Below are positions 52,201 through 63,700 of a stretch of DNA of 64,000 bases, one piece after another. Origin of the DNA: Asterias rubens (lineage: Eukaryota); contig NC_047062.1 of the NCBI RefSeq assembly GCF_902459465.1, positions 22,568,001-22,632,000 on the forward strand, given 5' to 3'. Position 1 is the stretch's first letter, and each line of letters begins with the position of its first letter. The position numbers and the translations under genes were made by a program. The notes below the pieces were generated by a model. It had not been told where the DNA came from. It saw only the letters and a list, made by a program, of their open reading frames with translations, and did not search any database.

Positions 52201-52877
52201 CGGTTTGGTGCAACAGCCAAGTGGTTTCATCCTGGGGACATGTGCTCTGATGCGTTTTTGTGTCGCTCACTACAGACTGTGTAAGATCATGTTCCATTGA
52301 TTGAACCATACTGTATGGATGGTTGCGGTTCAGCATACCCTACAGCAAAGTAACATTATCTGCTTCTCTTCATCCGGGAATACACATAAGGAAATGTGAG
52401 GATAGGAATACTTCTTTTATCATAACAAAATCCCATTGAATAAATAAAACTTGATCATGACATCTCAATTTGTTTTAAAGTGGCAATTTAACAGCTGGTA
52501 CCGCTACCAATCATCCTGAAAAAAACTTGAATATTTGAAATAATACCAACTCTTACAAACGTTTTTATTGCACACAAAAAACTGACTACAGCTGGAGAAA
52601 CAACATGGCTGCTTAAGTTAACAATTCCTTCAAAAAACAATTTAATAAAGAAGCATAAAGTGGTGTTTGTAACAATTCCTTGGGAGCAAGAAAAAGAATC
52701 AGTCTATAGCGAGAGAAATAATCTCTAAGAAGGCAAATCTCAGTCCCTTGTCTAATTCTGTATTGCCCCAAGCACCTTCAAGACCTTCACAAAGAATTTG
52801 TAATCAGGTTTGAAAAAAAATAAAATCTTTCTCCACAAACCTCGGGGACACAGTGCTGCAACCCCCAACCCTCTTAA

Positions 52878-53253
52878 AGACACTGGACACTATTGGTAAT
52901 TACTCAAAATAATTGTTAGTATAAAAACTTACTTGGTAACGAGCAATGGAGAGCTGTTGAAAGTATAAAACATTGTGAGAAACGGCTCCCTCTGAAGTAA
53001 AGTAGTTTTTGAGAAAGAGGGACCTGTAATTTCTCACTCTAATAATAAAAGACTTCAGCTGAAGCCTTTTTTTATATGATCTGAAACCGGACAAAGTACT
53101 GCAACAAGGGTGTTTTTTCTTTCGTTATTCTCTTGCAACTTCAATGACCAATTGAGCCCAAATTTTCACAGGTTTGTTTTTGTATGCATATGTTGGGATT
53201 CACCAAGTGAGAATACTGGTCTTTAACAATTATTACCAAACGTGCCAGTGCCT
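52878..53253. mobile_element. MITE family A copy
   Basis: ttaa|agacactggacac ... cgtgccagtgcct|ttaa. Confidence 0.85.
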
Positions 53254-55129
53254 TTAACATACAGGAAGAAAATTGTCCCTCACAAGCAGAACGAGGAACG
53301 GCACTATAACTATATTATCCTCCATCAATGACAAGGTAGACATTTATAGCTGCCCATTATTTATACATCTGCCCGGTGGCAAAATACCATTTCCAGCAGG
53401 TCTCTGCAATGGAATTGGGAGTGGGGGAGAAAAAATGAACACACTTTCCACGAACAGACACTTAAGAATACAGGTCCTTAAACTTCACATGGATCATTAA
53501 AAAAATAATCAGAAATGTCAACAAACTTTGAAACACTAGTTGAGTTATGTGGTTGTTTTATAAATGTTAATCTTGCTGTTTCTATCAATATTGTTACACA
53601 TGGCAAGTATCAAGGCAAAGTTTTGATCTCCAATTCTTTTTTCTTTTTTAATTTTGTTGAAACATACAAATTTCTAGTCCCAAATTTATTATGAATTTTG
53701 AGCAAAAACCATGCGTTTATAAATTATTGATCAATAGCAAAAAACATATATAAATCCCTTCGTTGCCATGTTATTCTGAAATTTACCAATGACGTAGTTC
53801 CAATAAAAACATTCACTTCATACTTTAACGACTCAAACAAGATTAAAATTGTTTAATATCATCAAGACATGGCACCACTGCGTTGAATTCTTTTCCATCA
53901 CTTAATATGTAATACCAACACTCTCTGAGAGAAGTTAAACAAGTTATCGACATCCAAGTCAAATATCCATCTGCTGGTTTTCACACATTTAATATTTCCC
54001 CACGCGATGAGATACTTTCATAAAAAAACTTCCCATCTTCCAATTAGATTTTGATATAATTTCATCCTAGGCACTCTAAAAGTGTCAACACGTTACGATC
54101 ACACCAGGCGCATCCTGTGTGTGGAATTCCTGAACAGTAACCCCCTTGCTCGGTCGTGTGAGTGATAAAGACCTTAAATCCCAAAAGCTATAATTATTGG
54201 ACATCGCCGCTCTCAACTTTCTCTCCCCCCAATCCCTCCCTCTCTCATCAACCACGTTAATTCAATTTTCCTCCCTAAACCCTCTGTTGACTGTTCATTC
54301 CTTGTCAGACCAAGACCAGCCGCTGGAAACCCCCCCCCCCCCCTCCTTTTACGCCACAATGTTTACTTTGATTCCACAAGAGTTTGGGGTCTATGCTCTC
54401 TGGGTTGTTGACCTGTCTTGCAAGAAAATCTCCCTAAGAGCCCACGAGATGCAATTAATCAATGATATGAAATACGGCCCTGGGCTACGAGAGGCAGTTC
54501 ATAAAAAAAAACAGATATATAATGCAGAAAATATATGCAAAGGATTGGAGGATACTTTATTCTTGCTCCGTCTTTATCAAGCGGAGGTCTTTCCCCTTGG
54601 GGGTGTTGGGTGTGTAAAATTGATATTGAGGAATTACAGACTTTGGGGCAGAGTGAGTGGAGAAATGTTGACAATGAGTTTTTTGTTTTTAATTTCAGCA
54701 ACGTTTTTTTTTTCTTCTCCCCTTTCTTTTCTTTCCACTTCTTCTTAGTAATGTGAAAGGGAGGGGGGAAATCCTTTTCTCTTTTGATGAGAAAAGAATC
54801 AATGGTTGATAGGATTTCCTAGCGTAAATCATTTGATTGTTCCCGATTTGTCGGCACTGACAGCGAAGATTGTGGTTATAGTACAATGATAATCCGGTAT
54901 TAATCAAAAAATCTTCTGGGAATGGAATTATAAAGTCGGTTTATAAAGCATGATAAATAATAATGCCAAATAAATCAACAGTTGAGATTAAGTTGTGCTT
55001 TGATGATGAATCTTCTCAGGACTCACAGCTTTTTGTTTTCAAAGCGACCATTGAAGTCTGACGAGAGTGACTCGTCGTTTATGTAAATCTAATAACAAAT
55101 TTCCCAAGTTGAAAATGTGCTTAAAAACT

Positions 55130-55506
55130 AATTCTGACGTCTCAAAATCAAATTACTTCTTTCTCGAAAACTACATTACTTCAGACGGAGCCGCTTCTCA
55201 CAGTGTTTTATACTATCAACATCTTTCCACTGCTTGTAACTAAGTAAGTTTTTATGCTAACAATTATTGAGTAATTGGCTTTAATTTGAATTTGATTTCG
55301 AGATGTCAGAATTAGATTTTGAGGTCCCGAAATCAAAGCATCTGAAAGCAGATGTGACAAGACTGTTTTTTGTCTTCCATTATTGTCACGCAACTTCGAC
55401 GACCCATTGAGTTCAAATTTTTAACGGTTTGTTATTTTGTGCATATGTTACGATACACCAAGTGAGAATACTGGCCTTCGGCAATTACCAATAGTGTCCA
55501 ATGTCT
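55130..55506. mobile_element. Rearranged MITE family A copy (left half inverted, left TIR lost)
   Basis: 55130-~55280 matches the left half in reverse; ~55287-55506 matches the right half forward, ending gtgtccaatgtct|ttaa. Confidence 0.75.
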
Positions 55507-55967
55507 TTAAGACGCCCATCCATAGCAGATTAAGTGCTATATAAGAGGTGCGCATTATTTTAACCATACCTCCAGTCAAACTTACTTTTTTTTTATAGTC
55601 TGCATCTGAGAAGGAGGTACAGCTGACACTAGGGCCCAAGCTTTCTAATGGCTGGTATAGTGATACAGTGTCATACGCAATAGGAGTTTGAAAGAGACTG
55701 TCATAACATTGCAATCCACCAAGGAAACAAAATACAATTTATCAGCAATCCTAATTTCAAGTTCACATGGGTCTATCTGAATTATGAAAAATAAAATTAA
55801 AAGAAAGCTAGCATTGTATGATTTAAAAAAAAACTGTTCTCTATTTTGTTTCTCCCTCAGATATTCTGTCCAGAATTTAAACAAAAAGGTGCATCCAAAG
55901 TTCCTCCTAATAATGCTTGTGGTTTTCCTGAACTTAACTAGGATGAAAAAAAAAGTTTTTTTTTTTT

Positions 55968-56273
55968 CTAGGACGATTGAGGCATTTCCTTTACTATCAA
56001 AGGATTAAAAAAATCATAGTAACTGTGTTTTTCCTCCTAGGATGGTCGAGGCATTTCCTTAACTATCCTAGGAATAAAATATACATGGTAACTTTGGGGT
56101 TTTTTCCCAGGATGGTTGAGGCATTTTCCTTAACCATCCTAGGAATAAAAAAATACATGGTAACAGTGTGTTTTTCCTCCTAGGATGGTTGAGGCATCTC
56201 CTTAACTATTCTAGGCATAAAATCAAGTACCGTGACTGTGGTTTTTTTTCTCCTAGGATGGTTGAGGCATTTC
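55968..56273. repeat. Minisatellite of ~70-bp units, each with a ~37-bp hairpin
   Basis: cctaggatggttgagg-cattt-ccttaaccatcctagg variants at 55968, 56036, 56106, 56179 and 56252 (last truncated). Confidence 0.9.
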
Positions 56274-56683
56274 AGGAAACAGCATAGTTTCCCGTTTAGA
56301 TGATAGGTCGGGATTTTCTTAGGTGTGATGGTAAGTGTTATTATGATGTTAAGGAAGTTTAAAAAAAGTCAACACAATTAGGAGGATTCCCTTTTGTAGA
56401 AAAAGGTTTGAATACTGTTGAATAATTGAACTAACCATGTGCTTTTTTAAATTTGCCATTTTTAGGTTAATGTGTAAGTCTCAGGATGATCCCAATTGAG
56501 CTTTTTATTTGGGCCAATCAAGTTATTTTTGAATTGGTGGCCATTTTTAAAAAGGCTGTCAAGGCCACCAAAAGCCAACAGAAATTATTGTTTGATGTAA
56601 AGTACATATCAGCCAAGTTTCATGCTTTTACAACAAAGTGCACAAAATTTCCATGTAATGTATCGGCTTCACTGAAACGTTAA

Positions 56684-57255
56684 AGTCACCTGGAAATAGA
56701 TTGGTTTTTTTCTTTCAAACATAAGAGTATATGCTTACGAACAATAAAACAATTTTTTTAGTAATTGTTTGTCCTGATTTATATGTTTAAAAAATATATA
56801 AAGTTGTTTGGGGGCTGACTCCGCCTACCCCTTTTGTGACTTCAATCGAGGCAGACTTTGCCTGCAATGCGTATAGTAAACACACGTGCAAAGTACATGT
56901 ACGTCCAAGTCGTGAGTTGGTACATTTCAAAAAGTGTTTTTCTGCATTCAGCAGCAATACACCTGGTCGGCATTGCCGGAAAAAAACAAAAAAGTTTTTT
57001 AAACGTACAAACTCACGACTTGGTCCATACATGTACTTTGCAATTGTGTTTACTCTACGCATTACAGGCAAAGTCTGCCTCGATTGACGTCACGAACAGC
57101 GCCCTCACGGGTCGGGGTCTACTCTGAAATTTTTAAATAACATAAGAACTGATTTTTTAAAACCTTAGTTAACTGTTTATTCACATTCCACTCATCATAA
57201 CACATATATTAGTGACAAAAGCTTTATTTTGAAAAAATACCACTTCCAGGTGACT
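56684..57255. mobile_element. TTAA-flanked MITE (TIR AGTCACCTGGAA) with long internal inverted repeat
   Basis: ttaa|agtcacctggaa ... ttccaggtgact|ttaa; internal arms ~56844-56935 and ~56990-57085 (aatcgaggcagactttgcctg... / ...caggcaaagtctgcctcgatt). Confidence 0.85.
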
Positions 57256-57276
57256 TTAAACTCTTACACTGCTTAA

Positions 57277-57643
57277 AGGCAGTGGACACTATTGGTAGTT
57301 ACTTAAAATAATTATTAGCAGAAAACCTTACTTGGTAATGAGTACTAGTAATGGGGAGCTGTTGTAGTATAAAACATTGTGAGAAACGGCTCCCTCTGAA
57401 GTAACGTAGTTTTCCAGAAAGAAGTCATTTTCCACAAATTTTATTTCAAAACCTCAGAATTAGATTTTGAGATCTGAAAGCACACAACTTCATGTGATAA
57501 GGGTGTTTTTCTTTCATTTTTATCTCACAACTTCGACAACCAATTGAGCTCAAATTTTAACAGACTTGTTGTTTGGTGCATGTGCTGAGATACACCAAGT
57601 GAGGAGACTTGCCTTTGACAATTACCAAAGGTGTCCAGTGTCT
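57277..57643. mobile_element. MITE family A copy
   Basis: ttaa|aggcagtggacac ... gtgtccagtgtct|ttaa. Confidence 0.88.
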
Positions 57644-58735
57644 TTAATTGTCAGCAGATCTGTCATAGCGAGCAATGTACTTCATAGCCAAGAACAGAGG
57701 GTGACCTTAAAGCTAGCTAAATGCACAACAAATCGGATTGTCTCACCAAGTGCTTGACTTATTTTTTCACAGTAACTTCTCACAAAAAGCTCTGAAACGT
57801 TGTCAGTTCACTTTGCATTCCCAAACAGTAAACTGTGACCACAAGTTTGATTATCCAAATAAAAATTGTCATCTTTGAAGTTCCATAATATTATTAGAGT
57901 TCATTTTGATAGTCAATCTCTGGAAGGATGGAACCCATCTCAAGTTACTCTAGCTAAGCTAAGAATCTTTTCAAGCGTTAGGTGTAATCCATCTACCAGC
58001 CATTATCTTGGATCTACTCGTCTGTCAATAAGAGCATCACCTTGAGGTAAACTTATCCAACAGCAAGGGTGGGGGGGGCTTCTAAATACATGAGTCACAT
58101 TCACAATTACATGTAGGTCGAGTTGTTTGATAACTGGAGGCTTGCAGGTTAAATATTGCTATCATCCAATCAACCATCAGATGACAAACAAACTAAATCC
58201 ACTACCCCTTAAACAATAATAATATAGAAGAAAAAGTTTTTTTTAAATCAGATAAAAAAGTTAAAGAATCATTTACAAATACGTTATTCGCGGCTAGCGC
58301 ATCTTTTGTTTATACATGCATATTTTTTTAATAAATGTTCACCAAGCCCCGCCCCCCCTGTTACCCCCTTCTTTGTTCATCCCTGCTTTTTCTGTATGCT
58401 TTCATCTCTATCATGATGATATCATCTATTTCCCCTTTGTTTTTGTTATACACCAGTATGCCTATTTATGTTTGTTGAGAAAGACTATGCTAGGGTAAAA
58501 AACGTCAAGTCACTATTATACTTAAGTTTTCTTCTTTTATACCATCGGTCCTTTTGGTTGGTATAAAGCAGTTTACAAGACCTAATACTATTTTTCAAAA
58601 TGTCACATCAACGACTTACAATTTAAACAAAATTAATTTGTACAACTTGGAAAAATGTTAGAGTACAATACTTTTTATTAAGTTGGATGACATTTGTTGA
58701 TTGGTTAGCATGGAGCCTGTTGTAACAAACCACCT

Positions 58736-58989
58736 GGGCCCAATTTCATAGAGCTGCTTAAAATAAAGCACAAAGTTTTGCTTTAAAAGCAAACAAATCC
58801 TTGCTTAGTAAAATCAGATTACCGGCCAAGACTCCACTCAATTTTTATGCTCAGTAAACAACAGCTAAATACCAGTTACAAGCAATGTATATGGCATGAA
58901 ATTTTGGCCAGTAACATGTGTAAAACAAGTGAGCTATTTTCGTGCTTAAGCAAATTTTTGGCTAGAAGCAGCTTTATGACATTGGCCCC
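58736..58989. mobile_element. PIF/Harbinger (Tourist)-like MITE, TIR GGGCCCAATTTCATAGAGCTGCT
   Basis: gggcccaatttcatagagctgct ... agcagctttatgacattggcccc; end fragments at ~43056, ~38015 and ~2975. Confidence 0.78.
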
Positions 58990-59467
58990 TGTTGTGCACG
59001 CTTTGAGTCTGCCTCTCTACACATTTCTGCTTAGCGAAAATCATCTTTAAGCAATTTTTTCTTTGAAGCTACATGTACCATGGAGTTTTTCCCTCCATGC
59101 ATGTACATGTACCTACAAAAATCATTCAAAAGGGAGTGACAGGACAAAGCACTTTTTTATTAGCACCCGGGGATGTTTACCTTCATACTTCAGTGTACCT
59201 CCCAATGTCAATAACGCATTCATTAGAGCCATCAGATTTCACTGATATATTTTCAACAGTGTGGTTCGAAGGTGAAATTCTGTCATGGCTGTGGAAGTAA
59301 AATGCTCCCGGTTACTTCATTATTGTTTTTTACAGTTTTGTTTATTTAAAGGTAATACCTTTCATCTGAGTTGAAGCTTGTTTTAAGAAGCCCCCCCATG
59401 CTAATTTTATGTAATAACAATAATATTAATTCAGTATGATTTCAAACTTTGCATGGTGGAAATACGA

Positions 59468-59722
59468 TATAGAAAGGTTTGCGGTACACCATGTAATGAC
59501 TATCTCTGAATGAGTTGGCTGGTTCTGATAAAAACTTCTGGCTTTTCTCCAGAAGATGATCAGAGCATACTGATAGCAAACAGCTCAGAGCATACTGATA
59601 GCAAACGGCTCAGCAGAGCAAACTGATAGCAAACGTTGAGTTGAAACCAACAGTTCTTTTCAGAACCACCCCAACTCATTTAGAGATAATCATTACATGG
59701 TGTTACCACAAACCTTTCCATA
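59468..59722 (+). mobile_element. Inverted-repeat Penelope-like relic with central degenerate hammerhead motif
   Basis: Arms 59468-59535 and 59653-59722 are reverse complements (~68 bp). Centre: ctc-CAGAAGA-t-GATCAG-agcata-CTGATA-GCAAAC with two further microduplications of agagcatactgatagcaaac, ending GTT-GAG. Confidence 0.65.
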
Positions 59723-62700
59723 TAATAATATTAACAGTACAATTTATATTACGCCCTTTACATACAAATGATCAAAAGTGCATAACACATATTAATATGC
59801 ACAGCATGCAAGAAAAGGGCACCAGGCCCGTGCCAAACTCTCAACTCAACCGGCACTGTTCACAATGGAATTCTGCGTTTATAGCCTACAGAACCTAGCG
59901 CTTTAAGGTTTAACCATGTTTGACCAAGTGCAGAGTGCTGATAGCAGCCCCATAAAACTAGGCCCTGATTGGACCATTAAGTCCACCACTTAATGCATTG
60001 ACTAACCAAATCTGCAAACACACGCTGCAAAGTATGACAAAAATCTGACTTGTTAAAATCTCATTACAAAGTGTAAACAAATCTCCTTCAATTGGATTGC
60101 TGCTTGATGTAAGCTGAGTGCTGCAGGTGGCAGATCAATGTGTATATGCTACCCATATGGGAACAGTTGTCATACAGGTGCTATGGTGGGTGCGGCTTAA
60201 TGGATCTATTAAGCACCAACTTTCTGTCCAATAGTATTCTTGGAAATATCTTCTTAATGAATATTCATACAAAGAGAGTATTCATCATTGCTCCACTAAC
60301 CAGACCTGCAACTTTCTAATTGCGAAAAAAAAAGGAAATGGCCAATCACACTTAACTTTTGTGCAGTGTTTTTTAGTTTTCTATGGCACTGTTTTGAAAA
60401 GAAAAAGAGGAAATCAGCTGATCAGCTGAAAAGTTGCGTGTTTCACTTTAGAAGAACACACATTTATTAATTACTTTTTTTTCTTTTTTCCGGTAACTGC
60501 CACTTTTGGGGGGGTTTAGTTCCTTTTATGTGTGTAAATTTGTCTACCTGTTTACTATTTATTTACTGTTACTACCTGTTACCTGTCATGGTGTTTTGCA
60601 AAGGACTTCCTCGATTACATATCATGTATAAAACAAAATACATTTTCACAACGAGATCTTTCCCAAACAATGGGGGAAAATAACAATGCGTGCATTTTTA
60701 TTCCTTGTTATGAACGTTTCGTTGCATGAACACTGCCTCGATGCAGAGCCTCGGAAATTAAGCACGAAAGTCTCACCTGACAAATTTGTCTTGAAGAGCT
60801 CAAAATTAGTGGGCCGCAAATTCACACAGTCTCGGTACATTACACGGGTGTCTGAGGCATGAATGTGTATCTCATTTCTCGTTTGCTTTGTTCGCTTCGA
60901 GTCTAGCTCGGAAGGAGTATAAGATGGACTAGGAATAGCTAAATCATTATTTGATATTTAAACAGGCATGAAACGATAACAATGCAGGCTTGAATACATG
61001 AATGGCTCAATTTGTCTACTGTGGAAGATAACTCAATATCTACGTTATGAAACGCTGGTTCGTAACAGGAGATGGTATCGCTGGCTTTCTCATTCTTCAA
61101 CAAATAAAAAAGGTTGACAATTTTGTGTCTGTGTATAATCAGCAGAGTAAAGGGTTCCATAGCAAGTATTCCATCTGGCGATGTAATTTCAATACCTTCC
61201 ATTCAATTGGTCATTTAATACAGCCTGTGCATCACACATGTGCGAAAATAACTGTTCGTTATTGATCAGTACCGAATTTTAGATAAAAAAAAAAAAACAT
61301 GGGGGGGGGGAGGAAAATACAAACCACAGAGGATAAAACAAAAAAGCTTCACTAAAAGTGCAGAGAGGATCTATAAAATGCTTTAATACCTGTCGACTCT
61401 GGTTGTGTTCAGTGAATCACTAATTGGTCCATTCTTTTCGCTTTTGCACTTTCTACTCGTCAGAATAGAACAAGGTCAAGCATCGACATGAATAAACAGA
61501 GCATGCTCAGATGTTGTTGGTTTTCATTGACTCCCGTGAGCAATAGGGGGGGGGGGGGGGGGGTGTTGGCATTGTGTGTTGTAAGTACACCATACTCCTT
61601 GTACAAAGCAAACTCTCCTTCCTCCAATACCAGCACCAATAGAATACACACCATAGTGGACTCAGTCATTGTGGACTCAATAACCAAATGGTGTAATAAT
61701 AGCACTATAAACACACAGTAAGCACACGCCAAAATGACTTCATTGTTTGTTTAACAAACATGCTCCCGTGAACAAAGAGCGTCAAAACGATGAATCGGTT
61801 CTCATATCCTGCACACATGCGGCCACTACGCATCTTCTTCTCCCCGAGAAAATACGCATTATATGGTCGTGTGAATAGTCCTTTGTACAGGAAGCTAATG
61901 AAGCGTACACAGACCAATTAAATATTTATCCATCCACGTCGTTTGAGAATGGACTTTCGGTCGAAGAATAACACCCTCTTGGCATTATGAAAACATAATC
62001 CTCTGTCAATCCATCATTGCTTTAAAAACCATTTTGGGGACAATTAAATGATGGATGGTTAGCTCAAAGAGGCAGCTTGTTTTCTCACATAACACACTGG
62101 GTTCTGACTCTGGCGTTCAGAACACCCAAAACTATAGAGGAGCATCGATACAAAAACAGCTGTTTTTCATTTTGTCTTTTGAAACAAGACGCAGTGTAAC
62201 ACAAACATTAATGGAAGTCAGTGATTCAATGAAGTTTATTTTAAGAAAAAACAGTCTCATACATTTTTATCCATATTTTAGACTTTTCAGAATTAAAACA
62301 AGGTGCAGCCAATGGAAATTTTTACTTTATTCCACTCGAGACAATGAAACTTAACTGAGGCCCGAAGTAACAAATTGTCTGGTCTCTTAAAATTTAATGA
62401 AAACGTGAACTGTGATTAAATTAAATGGCTGACTGATGATTGGTCTGAAGCTAAATGATTGACAGTCAGGCAAGTTGGGAGGGTAGTGCATTCTGCTCCG
62501 CCAGCAGTGCCAGCCAAGCTCCTAGTGGATGACAGCCGTACCTTCATCCTAATTAAATGGACTGTGGAGGGGGTAACCCTGTTTCAGCCCCAGGAGTAGG
62601 TGGCAACATGCCACTGGTGACAGTTGAATTAGGTTGACAGCCAAAATCATTAAGGTGTACCAATCATCTTGAAGTGGCCATCCGGCCTTGTTAGGCGATA

Positions 62701-62759
62701 TCTCAAAAAAAAATATATAAAAAAATGTAAATTTCTGCTGGATAATCCTAAAGAGCACT

Positions 62760-63700
62760 CTGGTAAAATCACTTCACTACCACACCAACACAAAGCCTTC
62801 CCTGTCATTGATCATAAGTTAAATAAAAATGATTGACAGGCAAACAGGTTGAGCCCCCTTCCCATTACAGAACCAAAAGGAATAGTATTCATTTGGATAA
62901 AATCACTTCACTGCCACACAGACACACAGTCTTCCATGTGATTGGTCGAAAGTTAATTGATTGACACATGAAAACCAAAGCAACCTTGTGATTGGTCATA
63001 ATCTGAAATGATTGACAGATGTCAAGGTTGAGCACCGCCCCATTACAGATACAAAGGAACAGCACTTGTATAAAATCAGTTAGCTGCCACAAAGACAGAC
63101 AGGGGTTTCTGTAATTGGCATAAGAATAAATATAGACAGACAGACAGGTTAAGCATAACCCATAACAGAACCAAATAAACAGTATCATTGGATACATAGT
63201 AAACACTGCTATAAAACAGCAAATAGCCACAGATTATCCAAAATGATTGACAGATAAAAAAGGTACCAAAACAGTTAACAGCCAAAGGCAGGCAAAGGTT
63301 TCTATGATTGGCCTAAAGTTTCAATAATTGATAGACAGACAAGACAGGCTGACAGAACCAAATAAACAGTATCACTGGATACATAGTAGTAAGTACACAC
63401 TGCTACATGTATTAAAATAGCAAATAGCCACAGACTAGCCAAAATGACTGGCAGATGAAAAGGTTATACCAATACAGTAAACAGCCACAGACAGCCAGTG
63501 ATTGTTGTGATTGGTCTAAAGTTAAATAATTAACAAAGGAATGGGTTTGCCAGTGAGCATAGCTTCATTTGCACTACAGAAACAAAAGTGCAGAGTCAAA
63601 ACAACAAACAGCCGCTGACATACACCCTTCACTGTGCGGGATCAAAACAGCAAACAGCCACTGTGATTGATCTTATCAAATGATTGATGGATGAATTGGT
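62760..63700. repeat. Degenerate tandem array rich in GATTGG and TGATTGACAG
   Basis: Recurrent blocks aaaatcacttcact..gtgattggtc..aaatgattgacag..cccattacaga and acagaaccaaataaacagtatca..ggatacatagta..agcaaatagccacaga. Confidence 0.8.

Noticed and set aside
54197-54748. 183-aa plus-strand ORF
   Set aside because: TTG start, runs through poly-C and poly-T tracts, no domain or splice support.
55968-56273. CRISPR array
   Set aside because: Repeat/spacer sizes fit, but spacers are homologous to each other, there are no cas genes and the context is eukaryotic.
62889-63285. Hydrophobic minus-strand ORFs (113 aa, 69 aa)
   Set aside because: Antisense read-through of an A-rich tandem repeat.
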